Shown here piece after piece: positions 19,776-29,402 of a stretch of 64,000 nt of DNA (position 1 is its first letter; each line of letters opens with the position of its first letter). The notes beneath the pieces are model-generated. The model saw only the letters and a list, made by a program, of their open reading frames with translations. It ran no database searches and had not been told where the DNA came from. The position numbers were made by a program, and so were the translations under genes. The stretch comes from an uncultured bacterium (GTDB lineage Bacteria > Krumholzibacteriota > Krumholzibacteriia > Krumholzibacteriales > Krumholzibacteriaceae): NCBI GenBank assembly GCA_963786935.1, contig CAWBAN010000001.1, forward strand, positions 1,216,001 through 1,280,000, written 5' to 3'.

Positions 19776-21737
19776 CTACCGGATGAGGATCATTTTCCTG
19801 TTGTACGAGCTCCCCTCCGCGGTGAGCCTCGCGAAATAGATGCCACTGGGAACCGCTCTGCCCCGCTCGTCCGTGCCGTCCCACTCGATCCTCGATCTGC
19901 CCGCGGCGGGCCGCCCGGAAAGCAGGCGGCGGACGAGACGGCCCGAAACGTCGAACACGGCCAGGTCGACGCGGACCGGCGAACGCTCCGGGACGACCGA
20001 GCGCTCCGCTCCCGCCGCTCCCGATCCCCCGTTCACCACGATGTCGATCGCGGTGACGCCGCTGAACGGATTCGGAGAATTCATGCATGAGACAGCCGCC
20101 GACGCGTTCGGGAGCGCCTCCCCCACGTCCGCCACACTCCCCTCGGCTCGCGTTTGAAACCAGCTCCGGGCCGCGGCGAGCTCGTCGAACACCCGTGTCG
20201 ACTGGGCGGGATCGGGCCACGATCCCTTGGCGCGGGCGAGAAGCTCGAGACGCTCGATCCACTGGGCGAGGTACGCCGCGTCCTCGCGGTCGAGAATCGG
20301 CAGGCCCGCGACGGGGCAGTACACGGGGCTCGTATGCGCGACGAGGGAGTCACCAACCACGATCCATCCCCGCTTGACGCCGACGACGCGCGCGGCGATC
20401 CAGGAGCTCTCGTCGAGCGCGAGCGAGAATGTCGTGTCGGCGGACACGCGCGGCGGAACGAACCGGACGGTCAGCGCCGTCCCGCCGTTTCTCACGATAT
20501 CGATGCGATCGACCGGAGAGGAGCTCACGAGCGATATCCGTCCCGATACGATCGCGCCGGGATGCGCGAAGACGCAGCTGTCTCCGCTCGCGCGCCCGTC
20601 GATCTCGAATCGGGTGATGAGCGGCCCGTTCGTGACGAACGTTCTTCCGGCCGCGAGGCCGTCGAACCAGCTCCGCGCGGAGAAAACGTCATCGTCGACG
20701 CGGACGTACACGCGGAACCCCCCGAACGGATTGCTGTCGAGCCTGTTCCCCGATGCGTCGGTGCCGGCGCTCGCCGGCAGGCGGAATCCGCAGTTCAGGA
20801 GCCGGTACCACAGACCGAAATCGACGCCGCCGTTCCGGAAATTGCTGTAGCTCATCACGTCCATCGCGTCGACGCGGCCCGAGACGCAGTCGACGGGGAG
20901 CTCGCGCGCGATGCCGCTGCCCGGCCAGCCTTCCACCTGCTCGAAGTCGTCGGAGGGCTCCGGATGCGCGGCGACGACGATCGCCCCGCTCCGCGCGTGC
21001 GCCGAATCGGCCATATCCATGGCGAGCGGCCACCAGAGGGACGAAACGGGCGTCGCCAGCCACGTCATGCCGAGGTAACCGAAGTGCCCGTAGCTCGAGC
21101 TTCGCATCTCTTCGGACATGAACACGACGCAGTCAGGCAGGCTGCAGGACGCGGGAGCGCCGGTGAAATAATACGAGTTGTCGAGGCAGTTGACGACGTT
21201 GAGCCCCTCCGAGCGCGCCATGAGCAGCGCTTCCGCGGGGCCCAGAACGTAGCTTCCGCCGCTGTGGTTGATGTGCGTGTGGGCGTCGCCGGAATACCAG
21301 CCGAGGGCGTCCATCGAGACGAAGCGCTCGAGCGCGACGACGATCGACGTATCGGACGTCGCGTTCAGGGAAATCGAGACCCCGCGAAATTCGAAGCCGT
21401 GCTGGATGGTCACGGTGAGCGCTCCGGCGGGCGCTCGGCACGAGAACGATCCGTTCGCGTAGAAATAGCCGCCGCCCGCCGTATGGTAGAGCGACAGGGC
21501 CGGGGGCGGAAAGTACTTCACCCCCGCGGAGTCGACGAGCTTGCATCGGGCGGGGAGCGACGTTCCGCTCCCGGCATCGACGATCGTGCAGTGAAACGTG
21601 ATCAGCGCGGCCGCCAGCGGGGCGGGCGCCGCCGCGAGCGCCGCGAAGAACGGCGCCGCCGCGAGCGCCGGAACGGAGCGCAGCAATCCGCGGAGCGAAC
21701 GACGCACGACGAATCGCCTTCCTCGGCGGCGCGACAC
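19776..21737 (-). CDS. CehA/McbA-family (PHP-like) metallohydrolase with C-terminal FlgD-Ig sorting domain
   Basis: GWYSGDAHTH, AHP, WYRLLNCGFRLPASAGTD, GRTFVTNGP, AHTSPVY; C-terminal PNPF...WDGTDERGRAVPSGIYF. Confidence 0.85.
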   Translation of the reverse strand: MSRRRGRRFVVRRSLRGLLRSVPALAAAPFFAALAAAPAPLAAALITFHCTIVDAGSGTSLPARCKLVDSAGVKYFPPPALSLYHTAGGGYFYANGSFSCRAPAGALTVTIQHGFEFRGVSISLNATSDTSIVVALERFVSMDALGWYSGDAHTHINHSGGSYVLGPAEALLMARSEGLNVVNCLDNSYYFTGAPASCSLPDCVVFMSEEMRSSSYGHFGYLGMTWLATPVSSLWWPLAMDMADSAHARSGAIVVAAHPEPSDDFEQVEGWPGSGIARELPVDCVSGRVDAMDVMSYSNFRNGGVDFGLWYRLLNCGFRLPASAGTDASGNRLDSNPFGGFRVYVRVDDDVFSARSWFDGLAAGRTFVTNGPLITRFEIDGRASGDSCVFAHPGAIVSGRISLVSSSPVDRIDIVRNGGTALTVRFVPPRVSADTTFSLALDESSWIAARVVGVKRGWIVVGDSLVAHTSPVYCPVAGLPILDREDAAYLAQWIERLELLARAKGSWPDPAQSTRVFDELAAARSWFQTRAEGSVADVGEALPNASAAVSCMNSPNPFSGVTAIDIVVNGGSGAAGAERSVVPERSPVRVDLAVFDVSGRLVRRLLSGRPAAGRSRIEWDGTDERGRAVPSGIYFARLTAEGSSYNRKMILIR

Positions 21738-21741
21738 GCGC

Positions 21742-24006
21742 TCAGCCCGCCTTGATGCCCCATTTCTGGAAGATCAGATCGACGATCGCGTTGACCTGGG
21801 CGCGATTGAAGAACCACAGCTCGAATCCGAAATGCGCGCTCGGCGCCGCCACGGCGACTCCCCGTTCAACGTCCGGCACGACGGCGGCGTACTTCGCCAC
21901 CCAGAGCGCTACCGGCGCGTTGTGCACGGGGGACACGACGTTCCTCGCGTGCATGCGATACATCGGATGGAAACACGCCTGTGAAGTCACTTGCACCTGA
22001 TTCATCCAGTACGCCGGATCGTAGATCTCGACGTAGGTGAATCCGCGCACGCGCGGATCGAAATAGCGGCCGGCCTTCGTGACCTCATCCCAGAGCGTCA
22101 GCGTCGCGGGCAAGCCGGGCTCGTGGACGGTGAGCGAATCGGTGTCGGCGCGCATCATGTAATCGGGGGCGTCGATCACCTCCCGGCGGATCCTCATCTG
22201 GGAATCCGTCCGGAACGTGGCCGAGATCTTATCGAGCATCGTGATGCAGTAATCCCGGTACGCCATCGTGTACACGCCGCTCGTATCCCCCTCGCATCCC
22301 TCCTTCGACCCCGTGATCTCGCAGCGCAGGTTCATCGGATACACCATCGCGTTCGGCTGCAGGATCCCCGCGAGCCCGCCGGTCCGGTCGGAGCGCCCTT
22401 CCGTCAGCAGGTGCCCTCCCTTCGCGAGGAATATCGCGAGGTAGTTGACGACGAGCTGGCTCCCCGTTTCGATCTGGCTCTCGGGCGTGAAGCGGACGAT
22501 ATCGTCCCAGCAGCTCGAGACGAGGTCGGACGAATAGGTCCAGACGATATTCTTGTAGCGGCCGATTTGGCTGATTTTCGGCGGGGAGTAATTGGCCCCG
22601 TCGTTCGCCGCGTCGTACACGTCGCGGGCGGGATCGAAATCCCTCGCGCGCCTGCAGAGGGCGATCCAGAACAGGTCGTGCTCGTCCTCCCGCGGCATCG
22701 CGTAGTCCGCCTGGGGGAAGTTGCTCGAGGGGAAATCGTCCACCCAGAGGAGGTTGCGATCCATCGTGAACGGCACGATGTTGATCTCCACCTGCCCGAG
22801 CGTCTCCGAGCCCGAGTTGTCCACGACCCGCACGAAAAGCGTGTGCACTCCCGAGTACCAGATCGCGGTACAACCGCGAACGTACGGGCTGCAGTCGGAT
22901 TCCCAGTCGCTCGGATTGTTCAGATCCGCCACGTCCCATCCGTACTGGTAGCACACGATCTCCCCGCCGTACTCCGCGGCGCTCCCCTCCCAACGGAAAT
23001 CGAGCTTGACGCCCGGCGGAAGATCGCGCTTCTGGGCGCGGAGATTCGTTCCGGTGAACTGGAATCCGCCGAGGTACGGGCACGTGATTTTCAGGTAAGG
23101 CGCCGCGGTGATGGACACGATGAACTGCCGGATGTTCACGCCGCGCGTGAAGATCGCGGACACGGCTCCCGCCTCGTCCTTCGCCTGCACGGCGAACACG
23201 TGCGACCGCCGCAGCTCGAGAATCTCCTCGTCCCCGAGCACCGTCGCGCGGCCCGAATCCCCGCGCGCCCGATACGAAATCCACGGGCTCCAGTCTTCCT
23301 CGTATCGCCACATGTTCTCGTTGAGGTCCCGGACGATATCGAAATCGGGCTTGTAGCCGTATCCCGGGCTGTCGACGCGGTGATACATGTACCGCACCGA
23401 TTCGGGATCCTGAACGTTGTCGGGCGAATCGATCGGATCAACTCCTCGCCACTCGAACCTGACGACTTTTCCGAGCGACACGGTCGCGTTCCGGTTGCTC
23501 GGCGGACGCGGCATCGTGATCTCGATATACGGGGCGAGGGTCCACGCGGTGAAGGAGCGGTACAAGGGCTCGGAGCGCCTCCCCTCGAGGTCGACCGCGC
23601 GGAGAAACAGGGTGTGGGCTCTTTCGCAGCGCGTGTACGAGTAATTGCCGTAATAGACCACTTCCGCCGAATCGTCGGCCGTTACCTTGAAGATGCTGTC
23701 GAACGCGGAGGTCCTGCGCCATTTATCGATGCCGGTCGTGTCTTCGCGGTTGAATCCGAGGGGGTAACCGTCGACGACGACGAACTCGAAGTGCCCGATC
23801 TCGCCGTCGGGATCCCACCCGCCCCAGTAGAAATGCACCTGATACCCCGTCGTCGTCCCCTCGACCGGACCGCTCGAAAGCCACACCTCGGGGCTCTTGT
23901 TATCGGCGCCCGCGCCGATCAACGAGTCTTCGGAGCATCCGAATACGGCGGCGAGGATCGTTATCGCCGCTGCGGCGAGCGATCGGGCCGCAATTCTCAC
24001 CTTCAC
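21742..24006 (-). CDS. Large lipoprotein with repeated Ig-like modules and a C-terminal alpha/beta domain (paralog 1)
   Basis: GGAGG RBS before GTG at 24006; lipobox VFGC; repeated W.G.DP.(D/G)...H.(L/F)F.(R/Q)A.D..G modules; LLWVDD domain; clearly homologous to 53723-55957. Confidence 0.8.
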   Translation of the reverse strand: MKVRIAARSLAAAAITILAAVFGCSEDSLIGAGADNKSPEVWLSSGPVEGTTTGYQVHFYWGGWDPDGEIGHFEFVVVDGYPLGFNREDTTGIDKWRRTSAFDSIFKVTADDSAEVVYYGNYSYTRCERAHTLFLRAVDLEGRRSEPLYRSFTAWTLAPYIEITMPRPPSNRNATVSLGKVVRFEWRGVDPIDSPDNVQDPESVRYMYHRVDSPGYGYKPDFDIVRDLNENMWRYEEDWSPWISYRARGDSGRATVLGDEEILELRRSHVFAVQAKDEAGAVSAIFTRGVNIRQFIVSITAAPYLKITCPYLGGFQFTGTNLRAQKRDLPPGVKLDFRWEGSAAEYGGEIVCYQYGWDVADLNNPSDWESDCSPYVRGCTAIWYSGVHTLFVRVVDNSGSETLGQVEINIVPFTMDRNLLWVDDFPSSNFPQADYAMPREDEHDLFWIALCRRARDFDPARDVYDAANDGANYSPPKISQIGRYKNIVWTYSSDLVSSCWDDIVRFTPESQIETGSQLVVNYLAIFLAKGGHLLTEGRSDRTGGLAGILQPNAMVYPMNLRCEITGSKEGCEGDTSGVYTMAYRDYCITMLDKISATFRTDSQMRIRREVIDAPDYMMRADTDSLTVHEPGLPATLTLWDEVTKAGRYFDPRVRGFTYVEIYDPAYWMNQVQVTSQACFHPMYRMHARNVVSPVHNAPVALWVAKYAAVVPDVERGVAVAAPSAHFGFELWFFNRAQVNAIVDLIFQKWGIKAG

Positions 24007-24099
24007 GCGTTTACCTCCACGCCACCGGGTCTTCCGCCGGTTTCGCATTGCCGCTCGCTTGAAATATAACAGGACGGAGGGACGTAATGAAAATGCTTT

Positions 24100-25878
24100 T
24101 TAAGAGCGGCTTTTAGAGGGGCGCATCGAGAAGAAAAGCGCGAGCCCGGCGGCGCAGGCGCAGGCGAGGAGCGCAACCGCGGCGCCTGCACGGCCCAGCA
24201 CGAGATTCCCGATCCCGAAGAGGGCGAGATAGAGCGCCGCGACGCCGCACACGATTCTGAACGCCGTGCGCAGACCCGGCCGGGCGCCCGGCTCCGCCGG
24301 CTCCGGGCCGCTGAACGAGCGCCATCCCGGCCCCCCCGGGTGGCAGCGCTCGTAGAATCGTTCCAGGTGGCCGCGGCTGACCGGCGGCGTGAGGAGCGTC
24401 ACCGCGACCCACACGATGATCGCCGCGAACGCGGTGAGCGCCGTCGAATAGGGGAACCGGATCCAGGCCGCGTCTCGTACGCCGGGATTGCCGGAGAGAA
24501 TCCCGAGGACGGCCGTCGCAACGAGCGCGGTCGCCATGGCGGCGATCTCCGACCACGCGTTGACCCGCCACCAGTACCAGCGCGCCACGTACACCGAGCC
24601 GACGCCGGCCGTCACCGAGATGATGAGCTTCCACGCGAAGGAGATGTCCTTCACGGCGAACGAGGCGAGCGCCCCGAGTACCGCGAGCCCGATCACCGAG
24701 ACCTGCGCGGCGACGAGGTACTGCCGGTCGGTTCTGCCTTTCCAGACGAAGCGCCGGAGCAGATCGTTCACCATGAGGGACGAGCCCCAGTTGAGCTGGG
24801 TGCTCTCGGTCGACATGAACGCCGCGAAGAACGAGGCGAGCACGAGCCCGAAGAGCCCCGGCGTCAGGACGGTCCGCATAACCAAGGGATAGAGGCGCTC
24901 GGGATCGTCGACCTTGCCGAAGAGCGCCATGCCGCAGAGTCCCACGACGATCCACGGCCACGGGCGAAGCGCGACGTGGGCGACGCTGAACCAGAGATAT
25001 CCGAACACGGAGTGGCGCTCGTTCTTCGCGGCGAAGAGCCGCTGCGCGAGATAGCCTCCGCCGTCGATCGTGTAGGACGCCCACCAGACGACGAGAACGA
25101 GCACGAGGAACTCCGTGAACGGATTCGCCGCGAGGACCGGCGCGGCTTTCGGGATGATCCGGAACGTTTCGTCGAGGGGGAACCCGTGCGCGGCGATCGC
25201 CTCCCGGATCGGACCCCAACCGCCCGCCGCGCGGAACGCGAGGATAGCCGTCGCGATGCAGCCCCCCATGGCGAGGATGAACTGGAAGAAGTCGGTGATC
25301 ACCACCCCCCACAGTCCGGAGATGGTCGTGTAGGCGACCGTCACGACGAACAGGACGAGGACGGTGAACGATTCCGCGTCCATGCCGGCGATCGTCTGCG
25401 CGTCATCCCACCCCATGATGACGACGATGATCTTCACCATCGCGCGCATGACCCAGGCGATGATGAGCACGTTCTGCAGGACGCCGAACCAGATCGCCCG
25501 GTAGCACCGGAGGATCGCGGCCGGCTTCCCGTCGTAGCGGAGCTCGACGAACTCGGCGTCTGTCGTTATCCGCGCCCGGTGCCACAGGTGCGAGAAGAGG
25601 AACACGGTCACGATCCCGCCGATCCCCCACTGCCACCAGAGCCAGTTCTGCCAGATCCCGCCCTTCGCGACGAGGCCGGATACGACGAGGGGCGTATCGG
25701 CGGCGAAGGTGGTCGCCACCATCGACGTCCCGATGAGCCACCAGGGGAGCGTGCGGCCCGAAACGAAGTATTCCTCGGTATTCCGCGTCGCGCGTCTCCG
25801 CAGCACGATGCCGATGCCGAAGGAGCACACGAGGTACGCCGCGATGATGACGATATCGAGCGCCGTCAAGCGAGCCAT
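24100..25878 (-). CDS. Sodium:solute symporter family protein
   Basis: EYFVSGRTLPWW.IGTSMVATTFAADTP, YLAQRLFAAK, AAFMST; many TM helices. Confidence 0.93.
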   Translation of the reverse strand: MARLTALDIVIIAAYLVCSFGIGIVLRRRATRNTEEYFVSGRTLPWWLIGTSMVATTFAADTPLVVSGLVAKGGIWQNWLWWQWGIGGIVTVFLFSHLWHRARITTDAEFVELRYDGKPAAILRCYRAIWFGVLQNVLIIAWVMRAMVKIIVVIMGWDDAQTIAGMDAESFTVLVLFVVTVAYTTISGLWGVVITDFFQFILAMGGCIATAILAFRAAGGWGPIREAIAAHGFPLDETFRIIPKAAPVLAANPFTEFLVLVLVVWWASYTIDGGGYLAQRLFAAKNERHSVFGYLWFSVAHVALRPWPWIVVGLCGMALFGKVDDPERLYPLVMRTVLTPGLFGLVLASFFAAFMSTESTQLNWGSSLMVNDLLRRFVWKGRTDRQYLVAAQVSVIGLAVLGALASFAVKDISFAWKLIISVTAGVGSVYVARWYWWRVNAWSEIAAMATALVATAVLGILSGNPGVRDAAWIRFPYSTALTAFAAIIVWVAVTLLTPPVSRGHLERFYERCHPGGPGWRSFSGPEPAEPGARPGLRTAFRIVCGVAALYLALFGIGNLVLGRAGAAVALLACACAAGLALFFSMRPSKSRS

Positions 25879-25903
25879 GGCGGTCAGCGGGGCTCCCTCT
25901 CCC

Positions 25904-26695
25904 CTAGAATGAAACGGTGATGCCGAGTTGAAACGCGACGCCGCTCAGATCCACCGAGCCTTCGCCGTACACGTCCTTGTCGGCCGTCGATTCGGGCGCG
26001 AACGTCACGACACCGTCCGCGTCCGTGTATGAGGCGAGAAAAACCGGCGACGTGCTGCCGTCCGGATTCGTCCGGTTCCCCTCGAATCCCGTGACGACGG
26101 CGTACCGCAGCTTGACGCCGGCCTCCAGCCGCACCGTGGGCGCGAGATCGAATTCGAGCGCCGCGCCGCCGTGGACGCCGAAGCCCCACGCGGAGAGATC
26201 CGCGCTCGCCTCGGCCGGAGACGATCCGCCGCCCGTGCTCTCGTCGAACGCGAGGCTCGCGCGGTACGCGCCGGCGCCGAGGAAGACATTCGTTTTCGCG
26301 AACGGCAGAGGCGGCAGGTCCAGATACGCGGTGACCGTGAGGGGGTACGCCCTCATCGTATGTTCGTACGAGTAGTCGCCGAGCCCCGTCTCCATATCGT
26401 ACGCCGATTTCCCGAATAGAATTCCGCCCCCCGCGGCGACGTCCAGCCGCGGCAGGAGCGAAACGAAAATCTCGCCGCCGAACTCGGGGATCCAGTGAAT
26501 GGCGTCGATTTCACCCGAGCCTCCCGAGGCCGGAATCGCTTCCGAGTTCATATACTCCACGGCGTCGTTAAAATCGCCGTAGGAGACGTAGCTCAGGCCG
26601 CCGGTCGCGCGCACGCCGACGACCGTCGCGGCGCCCTGCGCCGCAAGCAGAGCAATACACGCGAGAAACGCAGCCGCTCCCGCACACCGTTTCAT
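25904..26695 (-). CDS. Outer membrane beta-barrel protein
   Basis: Signal peptide, alternating amphipathic beta-strands, ends LGITVSF. Confidence 0.75.
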   Translation of the reverse strand: MKRCAGAAAFLACIALLAAQGAATVVGVRATGGLSYVSYGDFNDAVEYMNSEAIPASGGSGEIDAIHWIPEFGGEIFVSLLPRLDVAAGGGILFGKSAYDMETGLGDYSYEHTMRAYPLTVTAYLDLPPLPFAKTNVFLGAGAYRASLAFDESTGGGSSPAEASADLSAWGFGVHGGAALEFDLAPTVRLEAGVKLRYAVVTGFEGNRTNPDGSTSPVFLASYTDADGVVTFAPESTADKDVYGEGSVDLSGVAFQLGITVSF

Positions 26696-26735
26696 GCCTC
26701 TCTCCTTCCCGCGCCGCCCGCGCCGCGCATGCGCG

Positions 26736-27404
26736 CTACCGCTTTTCCTTGAGCGTCTTGATCTTCTGAATATCGATGCGTTTCCCGATCACGATGAGGA
26801 TGTCGCTGTGCTTGATGACGAAGCTCGCCGGCGGAACGAGAATGAAATTCTCGGGAACGAGCTCCTTGATGCCGATCACGGTGATCCCGTAGCGGGAGCG
26901 CAGCTGCAGCTCGGCCAGCGATTTTCCGACGAACGCATCGAGCGGGGCGATCTCGGCGATGAGGTAATCCCCCGACATCGGGATGTAGTCGAGCACGTCG
27001 GGCGTCGAGAGGCTTCGGGCGACCTTCACCGCCATGTCCTTCTCGGGAAAGATCACGTCCGACGCGCCGACCTTGCTCAGGATCTTTCCGTGATCCTCGT
27101 TCGACGCCTTGACGACGATCCGCTTCACGCCGAATTCCTTGAGATAAAGGGTGATGAGGGTGGCGGCGCTCTCGTTCCCGCCCATACTCACGATGACCGC
27201 GTCCATCTCCTCGAGCCCGAGCCCCCTGATCGTCTCCTTCTGCGTCGCGTCGGCGACGATCGCCTGCGTGCAGTACGGCTGGACCCGCTGCGTGGCGTCC
27301 TCGTCGAGATCGACCGCCACCACGTCGTGCCCTTCCTCGAAGAGCGTCTTCGTGACGTTGAACCCGAAGTTGCCGAGCCCGATCGTCGCGTATTTCTTGC
27401 TCAT
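26736..27404 (-). CDS. ktrA: KtrA/TrkA-family K+ uptake regulatory subunit
   Basis: IGLGNFG Rossmann motif, ILSKVGASDVIFPE, TrkA-C domain GKSLAELQLR. Confidence 0.92.
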   Translation of the reverse strand: MSKKYATIGLGNFGFNVTKTLFEEGHDVVAVDLDEDATQRVQPYCTQAIVADATQKETIRGLGLEEMDAVIVSMGGNESAATLITLYLKEFGVKRIVVKASNEDHGKILSKVGASDVIFPEKDMAVKVARSLSTPDVLDYIPMSGDYLIAEIAPLDAFVGKSLAELQLRSRYGITVIGIKELVPENFILVPPASFVIKHSDILIVIGKRIDIQKIKTLKEKR

Positions 27405-27437
27405 GATCCGTTCCCTTTCCTTTCGATCAGAGATGAA

Positions 27438-28787
27438 TTATCCGATCATCACCTTTTCCGGCGTGTACCGGTACGTATCGACGATGCGCCTGCTCGTCAC
27501 GACGTACGCGACGGTCAGGAGCCCCACCCTGCCGAGGAGCATGATCGCGATGATGGTGATCTTCCCGATGACGTTGAGGGAAGACGTCACCCCCATCGAG
27601 AGGCCGACCGTGCCGAAGGCGGAAACCGATTCGAAGAGATACGCGAGAAAATCCTCGCGGACCAACTCGGGCTGCGTAATGAGGAGCACGATGAGCCCGG
27701 CGGTGAGGACGATGACGGCGAGAATGAAGATCGAGAGCGATTTCGAAACCGTCTCGTTCGGAATGGTCCGTTTGAAGAGGCTCGCCGAATGCCTTCCCCT
27801 GATCCGGTCGTTGAGAATCGCGACGAGGACCCCGAGCGACGTCGTCTTGATGCCGCCGCCGCACGATCCGGGGCTCGCCCCCACGAACATGAGAATGATG
27901 AGGATGAAGAGCGTCGCGAGGGTCAGCGAGCCGATATCGAGCGTGTTGAAGCCCGCCGTGCGCGCCGTGATGGACTGGAAGATCGATGCGAGCACCTGCT
28001 CTCCGATCCCGAGCGAGGCCATCTGGTGATTCCGCTCGAGGAGAAAAACGAGCAGCGCGCCCGCGACGATGAGGATGAGGGTCATCGTGAGAACGATCCT
28101 CGAGTGGAGCGAAAGCGTCGTGCGCTTGCCCGCGCGGAGATTCCGGATGCGGCTGTACAGCTCGTAGATCACGGGGAACCCGATGCCGCCGATAACGATG
28201 AGCGAGCAGATCGTCGCGTTGAGGAGAATGCTCCCCCGCCACGTCACGAAGCTCGTGGGGAAGAGCGCGATGCCGGCGTTGCAAAAGGCCGATATCGAGT
28301 GGAAAAGCCCCGCGTAGATAGCCGGACCGGCCGGCATCTCTCCCCGCCACTGGACGAAGAGAAGCAGCGCCCCGACGATCTGGATCGACAGGGTGAAGAG
28401 AAATATCAGCTTGAGAAGGCCCTTCATATGCCGGTGCGGCGACGACGCGAAGGACTCGGTGATGATCCAGCGCCCCCGCGTGCTGAAACCCCGGCCGAGA
28501 AACAGGAAGAAGACGACGGAGAACGTCATGACGCCGAGCCCCCCGATCTCCATGAGCGCCATGATCACCGTCTGCCCGAAGAGGGTGAAGGTAGTGCCGA
28601 TGTCGACGGTGGTGAGGCCCGTGACGCAGAGGGCCGAGGTGGCCGTGAAAAGCGCATCGATGAGCGGGACGACCCGGCCCGTTGAAGAAACGGGGAGGGA
28701 AAGGAGCATCGTGCCGAGCAGATCGACGATGAGATAGCTGTAGATGATGATCATGGCGGGGTTCATTTTTCGAAAATGCTCCGCCAT
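27438..28787 (-). CDS. ktrB: KtrB/TrkH-family K+ uptake membrane subunit
   Basis: Start MAEHFRK at 28787. Pore motifs SALCVTGL, SAFCNAG, TARTAGF, SAFGTVGLS, and GASPGSCGGGIKTT. Confidence 0.93.
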   Translation of the reverse strand: MAEHFRKMNPAMIIIYSYLIVDLLGTMLLSLPVSSTGRVVPLIDALFTATSALCVTGLTTVDIGTTFTLFGQTVIMALMEIGGLGVMTFSVVFFLFLGRGFSTRGRWIITESFASSPHRHMKGLLKLIFLFTLSIQIVGALLLFVQWRGEMPAGPAIYAGLFHSISAFCNAGIALFPTSFVTWRGSILLNATICSLIVIGGIGFPVIYELYSRIRNLRAGKRTTLSLHSRIVLTMTLILIVAGALLVFLLERNHQMASLGIGEQVLASIFQSITARTAGFNTLDIGSLTLATLFILIILMFVGASPGSCGGGIKTTSLGVLVAILNDRIRGRHSASLFKRTIPNETVSKSLSIFILAVIVLTAGLIVLLITQPELVREDFLAYLFESVSAFGTVGLSMGVTSSLNVIGKITIIAIMLLGRVGLLTVAYVVTSRRIVDTYRYTPEKVMIG

Positions 28788-28855
28788 CCGCCGCTTGAAG
28801 GCGCGATTCGACTGGAACGTCCCCTGCACGTCCTGCAGGGCGAGCCCGATATCCC

Positions 28856-29215
28856 TTATCTCACGAATCCGATGCAGCTCCCGGTTTTGGCGTCGGCGCC
28901 CAGCTCGTCCGCCGCCGCTTTCGCGGCGTCCTCTTTTCTGAACCTGATCAACGTGTGAATGATCCGCCACGGGATGAGGATATCGACCTCGTTCCGCTCG
29001 ATCTTCCGCCGGCGCTTCGGAATGTAGCGCCCCTGCGCGTCCTTGATCTCGACCGCGGCGAATCGCTTGTTTTCCACCCAGACGCCGATCTCGTCCACCG
29101 CCGTCACCCTGCAGAAGAACGGCCCGTCCTCGGGGACCCCGATGAACGAAAGCCCCTCGTTGCTCGAGAGCTTGACGAGCACGGTCTGATCGATGAGGTC
29201 CCGGGCATCCTGCAT
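28856..29215 (-). CDS. Hypothetical protein, possibly Sm/LSm-like beta fold
   Basis: RBS AAGGGGA, 119 aa; LIDQTVLVKL...CRVTAVDEIGVWVE...ILIPWRIIHTL pattern. Confidence 0.6.
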   Translation of the reverse strand: MQDARDLIDQTVLVKLSSNEGLSFIGVPEDGPFFCRVTAVDEIGVWVENKRFAAVEIKDAQGRYIPKRRRKIERNEVDILIPWRIIHTLIRFRKEDAAKAAADELGADAKTGSCIGFVR

Positions 29216-29402
29216 CGCTGTCCCCTTTCGATCGGGCGCCGGACGGAACGCCGCGCGCCGGGCGGAACACGTTGAATTTCCGCAGAGTGTGAAGCTTGAA
29301 CGGGAAAAATTCAAATAAAAACGGTGCGGCGGGCGCACAAATCAACGCAACACCCTATCAATAATGGAATTAAACCATGGTTCAGAGCTGCGGCAATCGG
29401 CA

